Assembly: GCF_009914755.1 (NCBI RefSeq)
Contig: NC_060930.1
Source of the DNA: the human T2T-CHM13v2.0 reference genome, Homo sapiens
Direction: 5' to 3' (one strand)
DNA: 64,000 nt
This document shows positions 45,529-58,042 of the stretch, piece by piece (positions within the stretch are counted from its first letter, which is position 1; every line of letters starts with the position of its first letter). The notes beneath the pieces are model-generated. The model was given only the letters and a program-made list of their open reading frames with translations, did no database searches and was not told the DNA's origin. The translations under genes were made by a program, and so were the position numbers.

Positions 45529-46729
45529 AATAAAGAACAGATATAAAAACAGTCTGAGAAAAAAAGATACATTACATAATAACAGCAAAAATATTGAGGA
45601 TGACTCACTTCTCACCAGAGGAAAAAAGAATAAAAAAAGCCAGAAAAAAAAAGAATTCTGCCCTTAAAGTATTGAAAAAACCATTAATCTAATATTTTTT
45701 TCAGCAGAAATATCTTTAGTAAAAGAACCCAGGATCTGCAGGAAGGAATAATAAACATTAGAAACAGAAAATATTTGGGTAAAATATAGAATATCTTTAA
45801 AATATAGAATATCTGTATATATACCTGTGTATCTTAAAAACTTTTCACTGTTAAAAAAAGAGAATAACATATTTGGGGCTTATAACATTATGTATATGTA
45901 AAATATAACATAATTAGAGCACAGAAGTGAGATTATACTGCTGTAAGATTCATGAATACTTATATAAATATGAAGATCATGATAAATCAAAGACATACTA
46001 CTCTGCGTTTTAGAGTACCCCTAAGCACACACACAGTCATGCACAAAGAGGAATAGATAAAAAGTAATAGAGGAGATAAAATGAAATAGTAAATTGAAAA
46101 AATGGAAAGTATTTAATTCAACCAAAACAAGTCAAGAAAGGAGAAACAAATTTAAAATTGGATAAGTGAAAAACAAATGGCAGTATTTTATATTTGAATG
46201 CAACAATATATTAATTACATTAAACGCAAGAGAGCTAACCACAACAATTATTAGAGATTGTCAGACTGGATAAAAAGAATAAGGCCCAATAAATCCTCTT
46301 TACAAGAAACACAAAAGTTAATGGTCAAATGTAAAGGTTTAGAAAAGGACATACATGCAACAAGTAAGCATAATAAATTTGATGCAGCTTTATTGTCATC
46401 AGGTGAAGAAGACTTTGAGAGAAAGAAGATAAATGAAGATAAAGAGGAATATTAAAAAATGATAAAAGTATCAACTCATCAAGAAGACATAATAATCCTA
46501 AATGCATGTGCACATAACAGAAGATTTGAACAGTTCTAGCCATCTACTTGAACAAATTAAAACTTAAGAATTACACTCAATACATATTATTTTCAAGTGC
46601 ACATGGAACATTGATAAGAAATCATATGGTTGGCCATGAAATAAGCCACGTATAAAAAGATTAAAATTATATAAAGTGTATTCTTCAGCCACACAAGCAT
46701 TAAATTAGAAATAAATAATACCTATGCAA

Positions 46730-46855
46730 AGTGTCATGGGGCTGTAGTCCCAGTTATTCAGGAAGCTGAAACAGAAGGATCACTTGAGCCCAGGAGTTTG
46801 AGTCCAGCCTGGGCAACATAGCAAGACCCTGTCTATAAATAAATAAATAAATAAA
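46730..46855 (+). mobile_element. Alu monomer (FLAM-like) with (TAAA)n tail
   Basis: ctgtagtcccagttattcaggaagctga...gggcaacatagcaagaccctgtct. Confidence 0.85.
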
Positions 46856-48045
46856 TATTATCTGGATATGGAAAATCTCCAAAATATTTGAAACTTAGGC
46901 GACATACATTTAATAACTATGATCAAAAAAACATAAGAAAATTAGAAAATTATTTGAACTAAAAGAATAATGATTCGAACCGAAAAAATGTAAACACAAC
47001 ACATATAAATGTGTGGAATATAGTAAAAATAGTATTTGGAGGACAATTTATAGCTTTAAAATGTGAAGTCAGTGAAATAAGGTTTCATTTAAGAATCTAG
47101 AGAAAAATATTAAATTTAACCTAAATAAGTAAAAAAAGGAAATAAAATGAGTAACTGACGATGAAAAACATACAAATAATAACCAAACTATTAAGTTTAG
47201 TTACCATATTTAAGGGACTACATTTCCAAAGTATTTTGAAAGTCATATTTAACATGTAAAAATATGCCAGTCATAGAAATTTAAGTGGAATATATATTAT
47301 GGTTTTATGTTATTATTAAAAATTGTCTAAATGTGCAAATATAAAAAATGAAAAACATTCAAATAACAGAAAATTAACAAAACCAAAGGTTTCTTTTTTT
47401 GAAAAGATTAACAAATTGATTAATCTCTAGACTTAACAAGAAAAAACAGAAATAACACAAACTGTCTCAGGAAAACAAGAATTATCACTAAAGACCCTAG
47501 TAGATATATTTGACATCTTAGTATCACTTGACATCTTAGATAAAATGTACTAAATCTTTTGAAGACATAAATTATCAGCCCTACCTCAAAAGGAATTTTT
47601 TTTAAAAAGGATGGAAATCTATGTTTGCTAAACAGATGAAATTTGTGATTAAAAACTTTTCCACAGTAAACACTCAAGGCCCAGAAGTCTTCACTGGCAA
47701 ATGTTACCACATATTTAAGAAAGAGACAATACAAGTCCTATATAAACTCTTTCAGAGTAAAAGAAGAGGAAGAAATACTTGCCAACTTATTTTAGGACCT
47801 TAGTATTTTCCTGATACCAAAAGCAGGTATCACTAGAAGAAGAAAAACTCTAGACTAATATTAAGCATAAACATAGATCCAAAATTCTTAACAAAATAAC
47901 ATATCATATTCAGCAACAAACAAAAAGAATACACTTTACAATCAAGTGAATTGATCATATTTCATATCATATCCCAAGAATGCTAGATTGGTATAATATT
48001 CAAAAGTTAATCAGCATCATTTATCACTTATACAAAATAAAACAT

Positions 48046-48550
48046 ATTTTTTTCTTTCTTATTGTAAATTAACAATATATAATTGTATAGATTTATGGGT
48101 TCTGTGAAGAGAGGTTGCATGGAAAAAAATTTATGAGGTACAAAATGTTACAATTTATAAATACAATGTGAAATAATTAAATCAAGCTAGTTAACATATT
48201 CGTTACCTCAAATCCTCAACATTCTTTTGTGGCAAGAACATTTGAAACTTACTTAGCAAATTTGAAATGTACAATACTCTAGTCTATATTCATTATGTGT
48301 ACAATAGAACTCATAAAAAGAGAAAACATATTCTTCCTGTTTGAAATTTTATACCCTTCAACCGTCACTTCTCCACCTCCCCCATCCTCTGGCTTCTGTT
48401 GCCACCATTCTACCCTCTGCTTCTATAAGTAAGTTTATTGCTTTAGGCTCCACATAAAAGTAGGAGCATGTGGTATTTGTTTTTCTAGGCCTGACTTATT
48501 TCACTTAGCCTAATGTTCTCCAGTTCCATTGGTGTTTTCACAAATGTCAC
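48046..48550 (-). mobile_element. LINE-1 3'UTR fragment (L1MA-like)
   Basis: aatcaagctagttaacatattcgttacctca; ctgacttatttcacttagcctaatg. Confidence 0.8.
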
Positions 48551-49259
48551 AAATAGTCGTTTGCTATTGGTTCTCTAGTTATTATTAGCTGTGATGTTAG
48601 GTTGTTAACTTGAGATCTAACTTATAGATGTGGGCATTTAGTGCTACAAATTTCCCTGTTAACACTGCTGTAACTGTGTCCCAGAAATTCTGGTACATTG
48701 CATCTTTTTTCTCATTAGTTTCAAAGGGCATCTTGAATTCTGCCTTAATTTCATTATTTACCCAAAAGTCATTCAGAAGCAGATTATACAAGTTCCACAT
48801 AATTGTATGATTTTAAGCCAATTTCTTAGTCTTGATTTCAAATTTGACTGTGATGTAGTTCAAGAGACTGTTTGTTATAATTTCAGTTATTTTACAGTTG
48901 CTGAGGGGTGTTTTCATCCCAATTATGTGATCGATTTTAGAGAAAGTACCATGTGGTGATGAGAAGAATGTATATTCTGTTCTTCTGGGGTAGAGAGTTC
49001 TGTAGATATCTATCAGGTCCATTTGATCCAGTGATGAGTTAAGATAGTGAATATCTTTGCTAATTTTCTGTCTTGATGATCTGTCTAACATTGTCAGTGC
49101 AGTGTGAAAGTTCCCACTACTATTGTGTGGGAATGTAAGTCTCTTTGAAGGTCTCTAAGAACTTGCTTTATGAATCTAGGTGCTCCTGTGTTTGGTACAT
49201 ATATATTTAGGGTAGTTAGTTCTTCTTGTCGAATTGAACCCTTTATAATTATGTGATTC

Positions 49260-49821
49260 CCTTCCATTTTCCATTGTGAATGTTATGCCATGCAACCAGC
49301 CTGATAATATGAATCATAACAGCTCAGGTGAGTTCATATATAACCTTATCTCATGCATGTCATCTCACTTCATCTCCTTTCCTGCCCTGGCTCAGATCTT
49401 CAACAATGCTGCAGTAACCACCTACTGCAGCTCATTCCTTCAGTTTCTAGCCTCTGAGTTCTCTGGTCCATTTTTCAAATTGCTACTATTCGACCCTGTA
49501 AATCACACCCTGGTCTTGTCTCTGACTTATTAAAATAAATTCAATGATTTTCTACTTCCCATAAAGTACTAAAAGTATGACTTCTAACACATATTTCAAG
49601 AAAATTACAACATAATGCAAGCCAAGCATTCATGGAAAAGAATGCTAAGATAAAAGTTAAAAAGATTAGATAGGTAGATAGATATGTAAATAAAATAGAT
49701 GTGAAGGTATTTCTATACAATTTTAAGAGATATTATTTCTTGTTTTGTAAGGAGGAGTAGGATGTTTAGCAAGAAAGTGATATGATGCAATATGAATTTT
49801 AGGGGCATTGTTCAGGCTACC
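49260..49821 (+). repeat. Dispersed direct duplicate of 58489-59062, inserted in L1
   Basis: End-to-end alignment by eye: about 25 substitutions and two ~6-bp indels; paired ORFs 49276 and 58505 share VMPCNQPDNMNHNSSGEFIYNLISCMSSHFISF. Confidence 0.97.
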
Positions 49822-50376
49822 TTCTTTGCCTTTTTGTGATCTTTGTTGGTTTAAAAGCTGTTTTGTCAGAAACTAGGATTGCAGCCCCTGCTTTTTTTCT
49901 GCTTTCTATTTGCTTGGTAAATTTTCCTCCATCTCTTTATTTTGAACCTGTGTGTGTCACTGCATGTGAGACGAATCTCTTGAAGACAGCATAACAATGA
50001 CTTTTGGTTCCTTATCCAACTTGCCACTCTGTGTCTTTTAATTGGGACATTTAGTCCATTTACATTAAAAGTTAGTATTGATTTGTGGATTTGATCCTGT
50101 CATCATGGTAGCTGGTTATTTTGCAGACTTGTTTATGTGGCTGCTTTATAGTGTCACTGGTCTGTGTACTTCAGTGTGTTTTCGTAGTGGCTGGTAATGG
50201 TGTTTCCTTTCTATATTTAGTGCTTCCTTCAGGAACTCTTATAAGACAGGTCTGATGGTAACAATTCCCTCAGCATTTGCTTGTCTGAGAATGATCCTGT
50301 TTCTTCTTCTCTTATAAAGATTAGTTTTGCCAGATATGAAATTCTGGGTTGGAATTTCTTCCCTTTAAGAATGTTG

Positions 50377-50688
50377 AGCTCGGTACAGTGGCTCACGCCT
50401 GTAATCCCAGCACTTTGGGAAGCCAAGGGGGGCGGATCACCTGAGGTCAGTAGTTCAAGACCAGCCTGACCAACATGGAGAAACCCTGTCTCTACTAAAA
50501 ATACAAAATTAGCCGAGTGTGGTAGCACATGCCTGTATTCCAAGCTACTCGGGAGGCTGAAGCAGGAGAATCACTTGAACCCGGGAGGCGGAGCTTGTGG
50601 TGAGCTGAGATTGCATGTGATTGCACTCCAGCCTGGGCAACAAGAGTGAAACTCCATCACAAAAAAAAAAAAAAAAAAAAAAAAAAAA
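50377..50688 (+). mobile_element. Alu (AluSp-like)
   Basis: cctgaccaacatggagaaacc; long poly-A; TSD aagaatgttga. Confidence 0.96.
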
Positions 50689-51183
50689 GAATGTTGAACA
50701 TTGGTCCCCAATCCCTTCTGGCTTGCAGAGTTTCAGCTGAGAGGTTCACTGTTAGTCTGATGGGCTTTCTTTCGTAGGTGACCTGGCCTTTCTCTCTAGC
50801 TGCCTTTAACATTTTTTTCCTTGATTTTGACCTTGGAGAACGTGATGATTATATGTCTTGTGGATGATGTTCTCATGGAGTATCTTACTGGGGTTCTCTA
50901 GATTTCACCCCTTCTGTTTCTCTCTTTGAGAGCCATACACCTAAGCTGCTTCTAGGTGGCCATCTTGGCCACTCCCACTCTGATTATTTTCATAGATGCA
51001 GGAAACGTATATGGCAAAGTTTAACACTTACCTTTGACAAAAACTTTTTGCAATCTCAGAAGAGAAAGAAACTTCTTCAATCTGATTTGGGTTCCATATA
51101 AAAAGTCAACAGACTCATACTCAGTAGTGAAATATTAAATCTTTTTCCCCTAAAATTGGGACTGGGAAAGATTCTCCATTCTT

Positions 51184-51481
51184 GGCTGTGTGCAATGGCT
51201 CATGCCTGTAATCCCAACACTTTGGGAGGCCGAGGCTGGTGGATCACAAGGTCAGGAGATCGAGATCATCTTGGCCAACATGGTGAAACCCCGTCTCTAC
51301 TAAAAATACAAAAAATTAGCCAGGTGTGGTGGCGTGTGCCTGCAGTCTCAGCTACTCAGGAGGCTGAGGCAGGCAAATCACTTGAAGCCAGGAGGCAGAG
51401 GTTGCAGTGAGCCAAAATCATGCCACTGAACTCCAGCGTGGGTGACAGAGTGAAACTCCATCTAAAAAAAAAAAAAAAAAA
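51184..51481 (+). mobile_element. Alu (AluSc-like)
   Basis: ggatcacaaggtcaggagatcgag; TSD aagattctccattctt / aagatgctccattctt. Confidence 0.96.
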
Positions 51482-52077
51482 GATGCTCCATTCTTGTCCA
51501 AGTTCATGAAAAAGAAATAATAAAAGGCAGAATTATGAGACAGGAAGAAATTAAATTTTATTATTCACTGACAACATGATTATGTATGTAGAAAACGCTA
51601 TGTAATCTAAAATAGGACTAGAACTAAGTGAATTGTACTTTTATATAGTAACAACAGACAACTGTAAAATACAATTTTTAAATACTATTTACTATAGTAC
51701 CAAACCCCTCAAATTTCTAATAATAAATCTAACAAAATATATGCAAGCCTTCTACTTTAAACACTTTAAAATAATACTGAAAGAAATTAAAGAATATCTA
51801 AATAAAGAGATAATAGGTCAATGGAACAGAATAATGACAAAGCTAGACCCACATATTTATGCTCAATTGATTTTCAACCAAGGTAGCAAATAAATCAACA
51901 GGAAAATAGATGTCTTTTTAATGAATGGTGCTGGAACAACTGAATATCTATGAAAAAAGAAAGTGAATCTCAACCCCTAAATCATTTCAAACACAACAAT
52001 AAAAAATGGATCATAATGGCAGCTGACTTACAATTAGGGCAAACCAGGGAAATCCAACTATTTAATTAAAACAAAAC

Positions 52078-52400
52078 AAGACTTCCACTTCTGACCAACA
52101 TGAAATAAGGACAAGATTTATGCTCCTAACTAAATCAACAACAACAATAACAACAACAGACAAAATACATGAAACAACAGTTTTGAAGTCACCGAATATT
52201 GGCAAAGAACAGTGATTCCTGAGAGAAGGGAAACAAAACAGGCCCTATGGTTGGCCCAGCTTACTGCCTTGAGAGTTTCCAGGGGCTGCACAGAATGGAG
52301 GAGCTCCTTCATAAACAGATAGCAGACTCCCTGAGTTGAGAAAACCAAGGAAGTAGAGTCCAACAGACAGAGTACGGGAATGTAGGAATGGTAGGAATGT
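52078..52400 (+). mobile_element. Old L1M 5'UTR fragment
   Basis: gacttccacttctg...aaaatacatgaaacaacagtttt...cccagcttactgccttgagagtttccagg resembles L1MC/MD 5' ends. Confidence 0.6.
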
Positions 52401-54869
52401 ATGTGACAAAAGTTATCAAACATCTACCCTGACTTGTTTTTTCCCTCTCTGTTTCCTCCATAAGGGTTATTGACCAAATCTTGGGTTATTTATTACTCTT
52501 CTTTGAAATCCTAGTAGGATTCAAAATTGGTTGGTTGAAAATGGTTAGGTAATTTAGTATAAATCATTTTTAGGGTGGTAAATGACTTAAATGTGCATTG
52601 ATTAGCACAAATACATGTAATAGTTAAGCTTCAAGGGATGAGCCTTGTTCACGTTACAGTACAGACCCTTCTCTGTGTCCTGACTTCAACCATAGAGTAA
52701 GCAAAGTTACATGGTATTAACAGCTGCTTTGGTTCACCCTCAAACTGACTAAATTTTAGCAATGGATAAAATAATTTTTGCTAACAAATATGTAGAAGGT
52801 TTACACAGCCCTTTACAACTTGGGCTAGAAACTTCAGAAGGAATATGATAAACGCCCACCCAATCTTTCCAGGATACATGTAGATTAAACAATGTCACAT
52901 CTGTTTGTAAGTTAAAAAGCTTACTCTATGGCTTTTACATTTTATCTTCATGTTTCCTACTCTTATAAATAATATACATGTGACTACAGCTAACTTGTAA
53001 CATAATTGAGATTATTATATTCATACAACCATATATCTTTTATAAAACAAACAACATATTGTTACATATATCCCTCTAGATCATATGTGGAAAACATTCA
53101 CTGTATGTTATAAGAAATTAGTGCTTTTTATCAAACATTAGTGACGTGTAGAAATCATGACTTCAGCTATACAAAGTGCATTGTGATCCAGAGGGCTTTT
53201 TTTATGATCCCATGTAGAAGAGAGATCATTACATCCATGCTTCTCAAACACATTCTATTGTTTTTAAATAAATGGTTAAGGGATTTGCAACTAAAGAAAT
53301 TGGGAAACAAACCAAAACTAGAAGACGAGGTGAAGCGCTACAGATAAGAGAAAGAATTTAGCAAGAACAGGTCAGAGGGTAGCTACAAGAATACAAAGAG
53401 CCAGTGGGAAGGGAGGCTTAGGGAGCAGAAATTGGGGCAAAGTGTTAAGAAGAGACCACCGTGTTGTACTGGGGTCCAAAAGACAATGTGGAGGCTTTAC
53501 CCTCAGTGACAAGGTAGTCTAAAGATTTCTCCTGTTTAAACTATAAATATTTCTCTGAAACTTGTACATATCTTCTATGGACAAAGTAGGACTTCCAGAA
53601 GCCCTTTTGTGCTAAAGCCTAGAATAACTAAGAGGGTTTTGGCTCATGTAATTCATTTGCATCTTCACAAAATGAATGTGTACTCATTTGAGTCCTTCGA
53701 ACTTTAAAACAGCCATATTCTTCTTGTTGTTTATATATTTTCCTTAGGCATTTTTTTTCCACGAAATAGACAAGTTTTATCCATATGAAAATTGTCTGAT
53801 GCAGATAATGCCTCTCTTGATAAGGATCACAGCAAGTCTCTTCCTTAGCATCTAGCATGCACTGCCACACAATTTGATGATGTGCAGAAGGGAAAACTGG
53901 CCTGGAGCCTGTGAATCACCCTGGTTTTTCAGGAAAAAAAAATCACCAGAAGTAATTTCATCTCTACCTTCTTAAAGTCTTATCTTCACTTGAGATAACA
54001 TTAAGTCAATCGGCATTTCACATTGATCCTGATCTTCTTAGCCATAGTGAATATTGTTTAAAATTTCATTTATAACTATTCCCTGTCATTGGCTGTACAG
54101 ATAACATTTGACATTTTGAATAATTTGTCCTTTGTCCTTCTGAATTATTCCTAAGTCAAATAATTTTTCACTTCTGATGAGCTCATTTTATGTTTTTATC
54201 ATAATCATAATGCCTCTGCATGAAACTCTCCCAGCTTCTGTATCTGTTGATCATATTGCACTTAATAATGGTCAGCATCTCAAAATGACAGGCAAACATG
54301 ACAAAATTGTAGTAATCTAGGGAATATAAGATGACAAGAATGAAAATGCTCGTATCTCACTCCTCATGCCCACTGTTAGGGCAGGCAGTGTTGAGTCACT
54401 TTTTCTGGACCATACATTAAAAAATGCTGTATACATTAAGCAAAAAATTGTAGATAATGGCTTTCTCTCTATCCCTTCTGCTAGATTGTGAGTCACTCAA
54501 AGGCAGCACCCATGTTTAGTGTTTTCAGTATGTCTCATCATAACTGTTACATAATAATAATTCCTAGGATATGTTTTTTTTAAACTCAACGGAACAAGTT
54601 GATAAAAAATCTGTTATTTCAAAGAGAAAACATAATTTCCTTAGAACTACATTCCTACATCTGAGACTGAATAGCAGAATCATCTAGGAAAGTTTGCTTA
54701 AACTCACATATCTTACCTTTTCCACACTGAATATGTATTATTTAAGAAAGTTTCCAGAAGATACTCTGGAAACTGTGTCTCCATCTTAGAACCACAGCAA
54801 TAAAAAAAATTGAGATTGCTTTCTTTGTTATTTTTACTATGTTATAAACACAAAGGCAATGAAGAGTTA

Positions 54870-54992
54870 AATATATATATATATATATATATACGTACTT
54901 ATATACATACCACACAAACGTATATATTTATACGTAGATTCACATATAAGTTTGTGTGTGTACCTAAATATATATAGATGATATAGATATAG
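54870..54992. repeat. (TA)n and TA-rich low-complexity sequence
   Basis: Directly visible. Confidence 0.85.
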
Positions 54993-55617
54993 GAGACATA
55001 AGTCATGGTGGAACACTTGATCTGGCCTTACATTCAAGATATATAAATGTGAAAGGAAATAATTAAGCAATATTAAAATTTTCAGATATGAGCAAAAATG
55101 ATTTGACTATAGTAGAAAGAACAAAAAGAAGAAGCAAACATTTTTGAAAGCATTACATGAGTTACTGTGCCAATAATAAAGTATTTGTCTGGTGTTCTTA
55201 TAAATGTAAACACTTCTATGTGTTGCCAAGCAATATTTTTTAAGTGAATATAAGACAGTTAATTCACTACATTTCTCAAGAAAAGTTTTCTGGTATAAAG
55301 ACATGTTGTTATATCATTAAAACATTTTAATAATCACAGATTATAACTGAGGCTCAATTTCTATTTTCAGTTTAAATTCTGCAGTCTTAAAGATGGTCTT
55401 AAGTACAACAAAAACAAATGAAAGAATTAGGGCTCCCCAAAATATTTTTAGAGTATCAAGAAAAATATAAACCACAGCTCTCAGAAAGGTAAACTGAATA
55501 AGAGAATAAGTGATTTATACTCTCCCAGTATCACTCTTTATAAAAAATATGTTAGACAACTATAGTAACATCCTCAACATCAAATAAATGTGGGTATCTG
55601 ATTAAAATCCCCTCCCT

Positions 55618-56123
55618 TGTATCAACTCTATTATCAATCTACTGGGGCTTATAACACATTACCCAAAATTTAGCAGCTTAAAAATAATAGACATTTGTTG
55701 TCTCACAGTTTTAGCAGATCAGTTTCAGGCATAGTGTAGCTAGATGGCTGTGCCTTACAGTTTCTCATGGGCTGCAGTCACAGCTGAATTTGGTGGAAGG
55801 GGGATTAGTGAGGACCCACTTTCAAGCTCACTTACATGATTGTTGAGGGCCTGTGGATTTTTCCACAGGACTCTTCTTGATTTGCATCTGGATTCCCCTA
55901 AGCTATAAGTGATTCAAGAGAGAATGAAAAAACCTAAGCGCCCCAAAGAGGAAAGCTGCAATCTTTTATAACCCAATCTAGGAGGTGACATCTCATCACT
56001 TCTTCCGTACTCTATTTACTGAAAGGGAGTCACTAAGTCAAGACCACACTAATTGCCTGGGGATTACCCAGAGCATTATAGACGGTGAAACATTAGGTGT
56101 CATCTCAGAGTCTGTCTACTACA
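55618..56123 (-). mobile_element. MLT1 (MLT1F-like) solo LTR
   Basis: acccaaaatttagcagcttaaa...tctcacagtttt; ends gtcatctcagagtctgtctactaca. Confidence 0.8.
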
Positions 56124-56854
56124 TCAGTCTTAAAAAGAACATTGCAAGTAATTTTTTTATTATCACTAATGCACAACTCTGACGATTCCAGCAATTAAAC
56201 TAGATAGGGCTGTAAAAAGAATAATCAAAATCTCCATCAAAGATGCTGCAAATTAGGTCCATAATTTGCATAATCTCTCACCATTTGGCAAGTTTCTAAT
56301 GCTGTCCCAGAAACTTAATGTTGTCCCTTCATTGCCTCCTCAAAATTCCATTGAGAAAGAACATGGCTTCTCCACCCAAAATATTACATGCCCCCATGGA
56401 ATTATGGGATTGGTCTAGCAGGCTCCAAGGTGTGCTAGAAGAATTATAGCTCAGTAGTCAGAAGAATTATACTTTGTTTTCAGGCCTGATAATAAATTTT
56501 CCGGGTATCAGTTTGCTCCATGTGTGAATCTAATGCTTTAGTGTTCCTTATGCCTTGCTAGTAGTCAATAAACAACAAATGGAAGGAAAATTGAGCAATA
56601 TTACTTTCATGAATTATGTACCATTGTTTTTCTGCATACATAAAGGTAAATCTAAAAATCTTATTTGGGTTGCTTAACTTTCTAACACAACTAAAATCTC
56701 AAAGGTGTTCTGACATCAAGCCCAGATTTAAACATCAAGAAACTATGTTTTATTTGTCCATGAAAGGAAGTTTCCCATTTCTGTAGAGGAGCTTCTTTAC
56801 CCTTTTTAAACATTGTAATTAAGCCCTGATTAGGGGTGTGGGGGTATATAATCA

Positions 56855-56975
56855 TTTTTTAAAATTTTAGGATAATTTTGGATTTGCATAAAGGTTGCAA
56901 AGATAGTACAGTTTCCATACACATTTTAACTAATTTTCTCTTAAGTTAACATTTTACATAACTGTAGTACATTTG
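56855..56975 (-). mobile_element. Truncated L1MC4/L1ME-type 3' end
   Basis: ataattttggatttgcataaaggttgcaaagatagtacag...gttaacattttacataactgtagtaca; stops at the duplication junction. Confidence 0.65.
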
Positions 56976-56996
56976 TACTACATGCAACATGTACAA

Positions 56997-57176
56997 TTTT
57001 GCATGTTGAATATTTCCCATGAATACTTTCTTTTTGTTTAGTGTTTTGGGGCCTCTAGTTCTAGTAGGTAACCAATAAATTAAGCAAAACGAATTAAATA
57101 TCCCTTTTTTCATGCTTTGGTTATATGCCTTTAAGAGGAAAGTGTTTAGGGGCCTAAATTTTCTACTTAATTGACT
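56997..57176 (+). repeat. 180-bp direct duplicate, copy A (matches 57863-58042)
   Basis: Base-by-base comparison by eye shows no mismatch; offset 866 bp. Confidence 0.98.
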
Positions 57177-57862
57177 TATAAGCATAAGGGGTGGAAATGA
57201 AGAACAAAGAGAAAAATAAACTACTGTCAAAATTGTATTAAATGACATGAGTAACTTATCCTCAAGTCAGTGAGTGATGGTTTTGATAATGCTGTGTGTT
57301 AGAAGGCAAACAAAAACTAAAAAATTTGCATTTTTGCACAAATTTTGCTTTATTGAAGGATTGGAAAATGTCTCACATCTACATTTTTATAGCAAAGAAC
57401 ACATAAAATTATTCTTATTTTTAATGACAGTTGTTTAAAGAGTACAAAGCTAAATGTTACAAAGTATTTCCTTTGGTTCTAATGTGACCATACCCTGGAT
57501 TTTAAGTTTTCTAAATAGAATGCATTAATCCTAGCCACAATGCTGAAGATGATCTTTTTAAAATGTTAAGAGTTGCAAAGTAGTTGTTTGCTCAACAGAG
57601 CATCCTCTTCCCTAAAAGTTTAAAATAAGAACATTCCTATACATTCCCTTCATTATTTAAGAAGTTCGGGTGTGCTTCTCTAGGAAATGATTTGTGTTAC
57701 AGAGTTTTGAGACTGGCAGAAAAATCTCCCTAAAAAGAAGTTCTACAGCTGTGAAATGTTCTCCCCCTGACACAGTTTCAGTCTGGAGGCATTTAGAGTA
57801 AGAAGTAAGAGTCTTCACTTTTATTGGCTGTGTGTGGGTTGTTTGGTTTCTTGGCAGGCATG

Positions 57863-58042
57863 TTTTGCATGTTGAATATTTCCCATGAATACTTTCTTTT
57901 TGTTTAGTGTTTTGGGGCCTCTAGTTCTAGTAGGTAACCAATAAATTAAGCAAAACGAATTAAATATCCCTTTTTTCATGCTTTGGTTATATGCCTTTAA
58001 GAGGAAAGTGTTTAGGGGCCTAAATTTTCTACTTAATTGACT
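57863..58042 (+). repeat. 180-bp direct duplicate, copy B
   Basis: Matches 56997-57176. Confidence 0.98.

Larger units (their letters stand above)
48555..50980 (-). mobile_element. LINE-1 5' part (L1PA13-16/L1PB-like): 5' tip, late ORF1 and ORF2 endonuclease region; internally deleted, 3' half absent
   Basis: ORF 48813..49091(-) LDQMDLIDIYRTLYP...FFSSPHGTFSKIDHI (endonuclease); ORF 48597 [15 protein letters not shown]; 5' tip reads gtggccaagatggccacctagaagcagc on the - strand. Confidence 0.9.
44025..52015 (+). mobile_element. Old LINE-1 (L1MC/MD/ME-like) 5'UTR-ORF1-ORF2 remnant in pieces: ~44025-48045 and 50981-52015
   Basis: A-rich colinear remnants; ORF 46258 (SDWIKRIRP..LQET), 47621 (GPEVFTGKCYHIFK), 51633 (QWNRI...IYAQLIFNQG). 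Confidence 0.8.

Noticed and set aside
53718-53860. Plus-strand acceptor-like site (ttttccttag|gca) and nearby octamer motif
   Set aside because: No convincing donor or recognisable peptide; such motifs are frequent by chance in AT-rich DNA.
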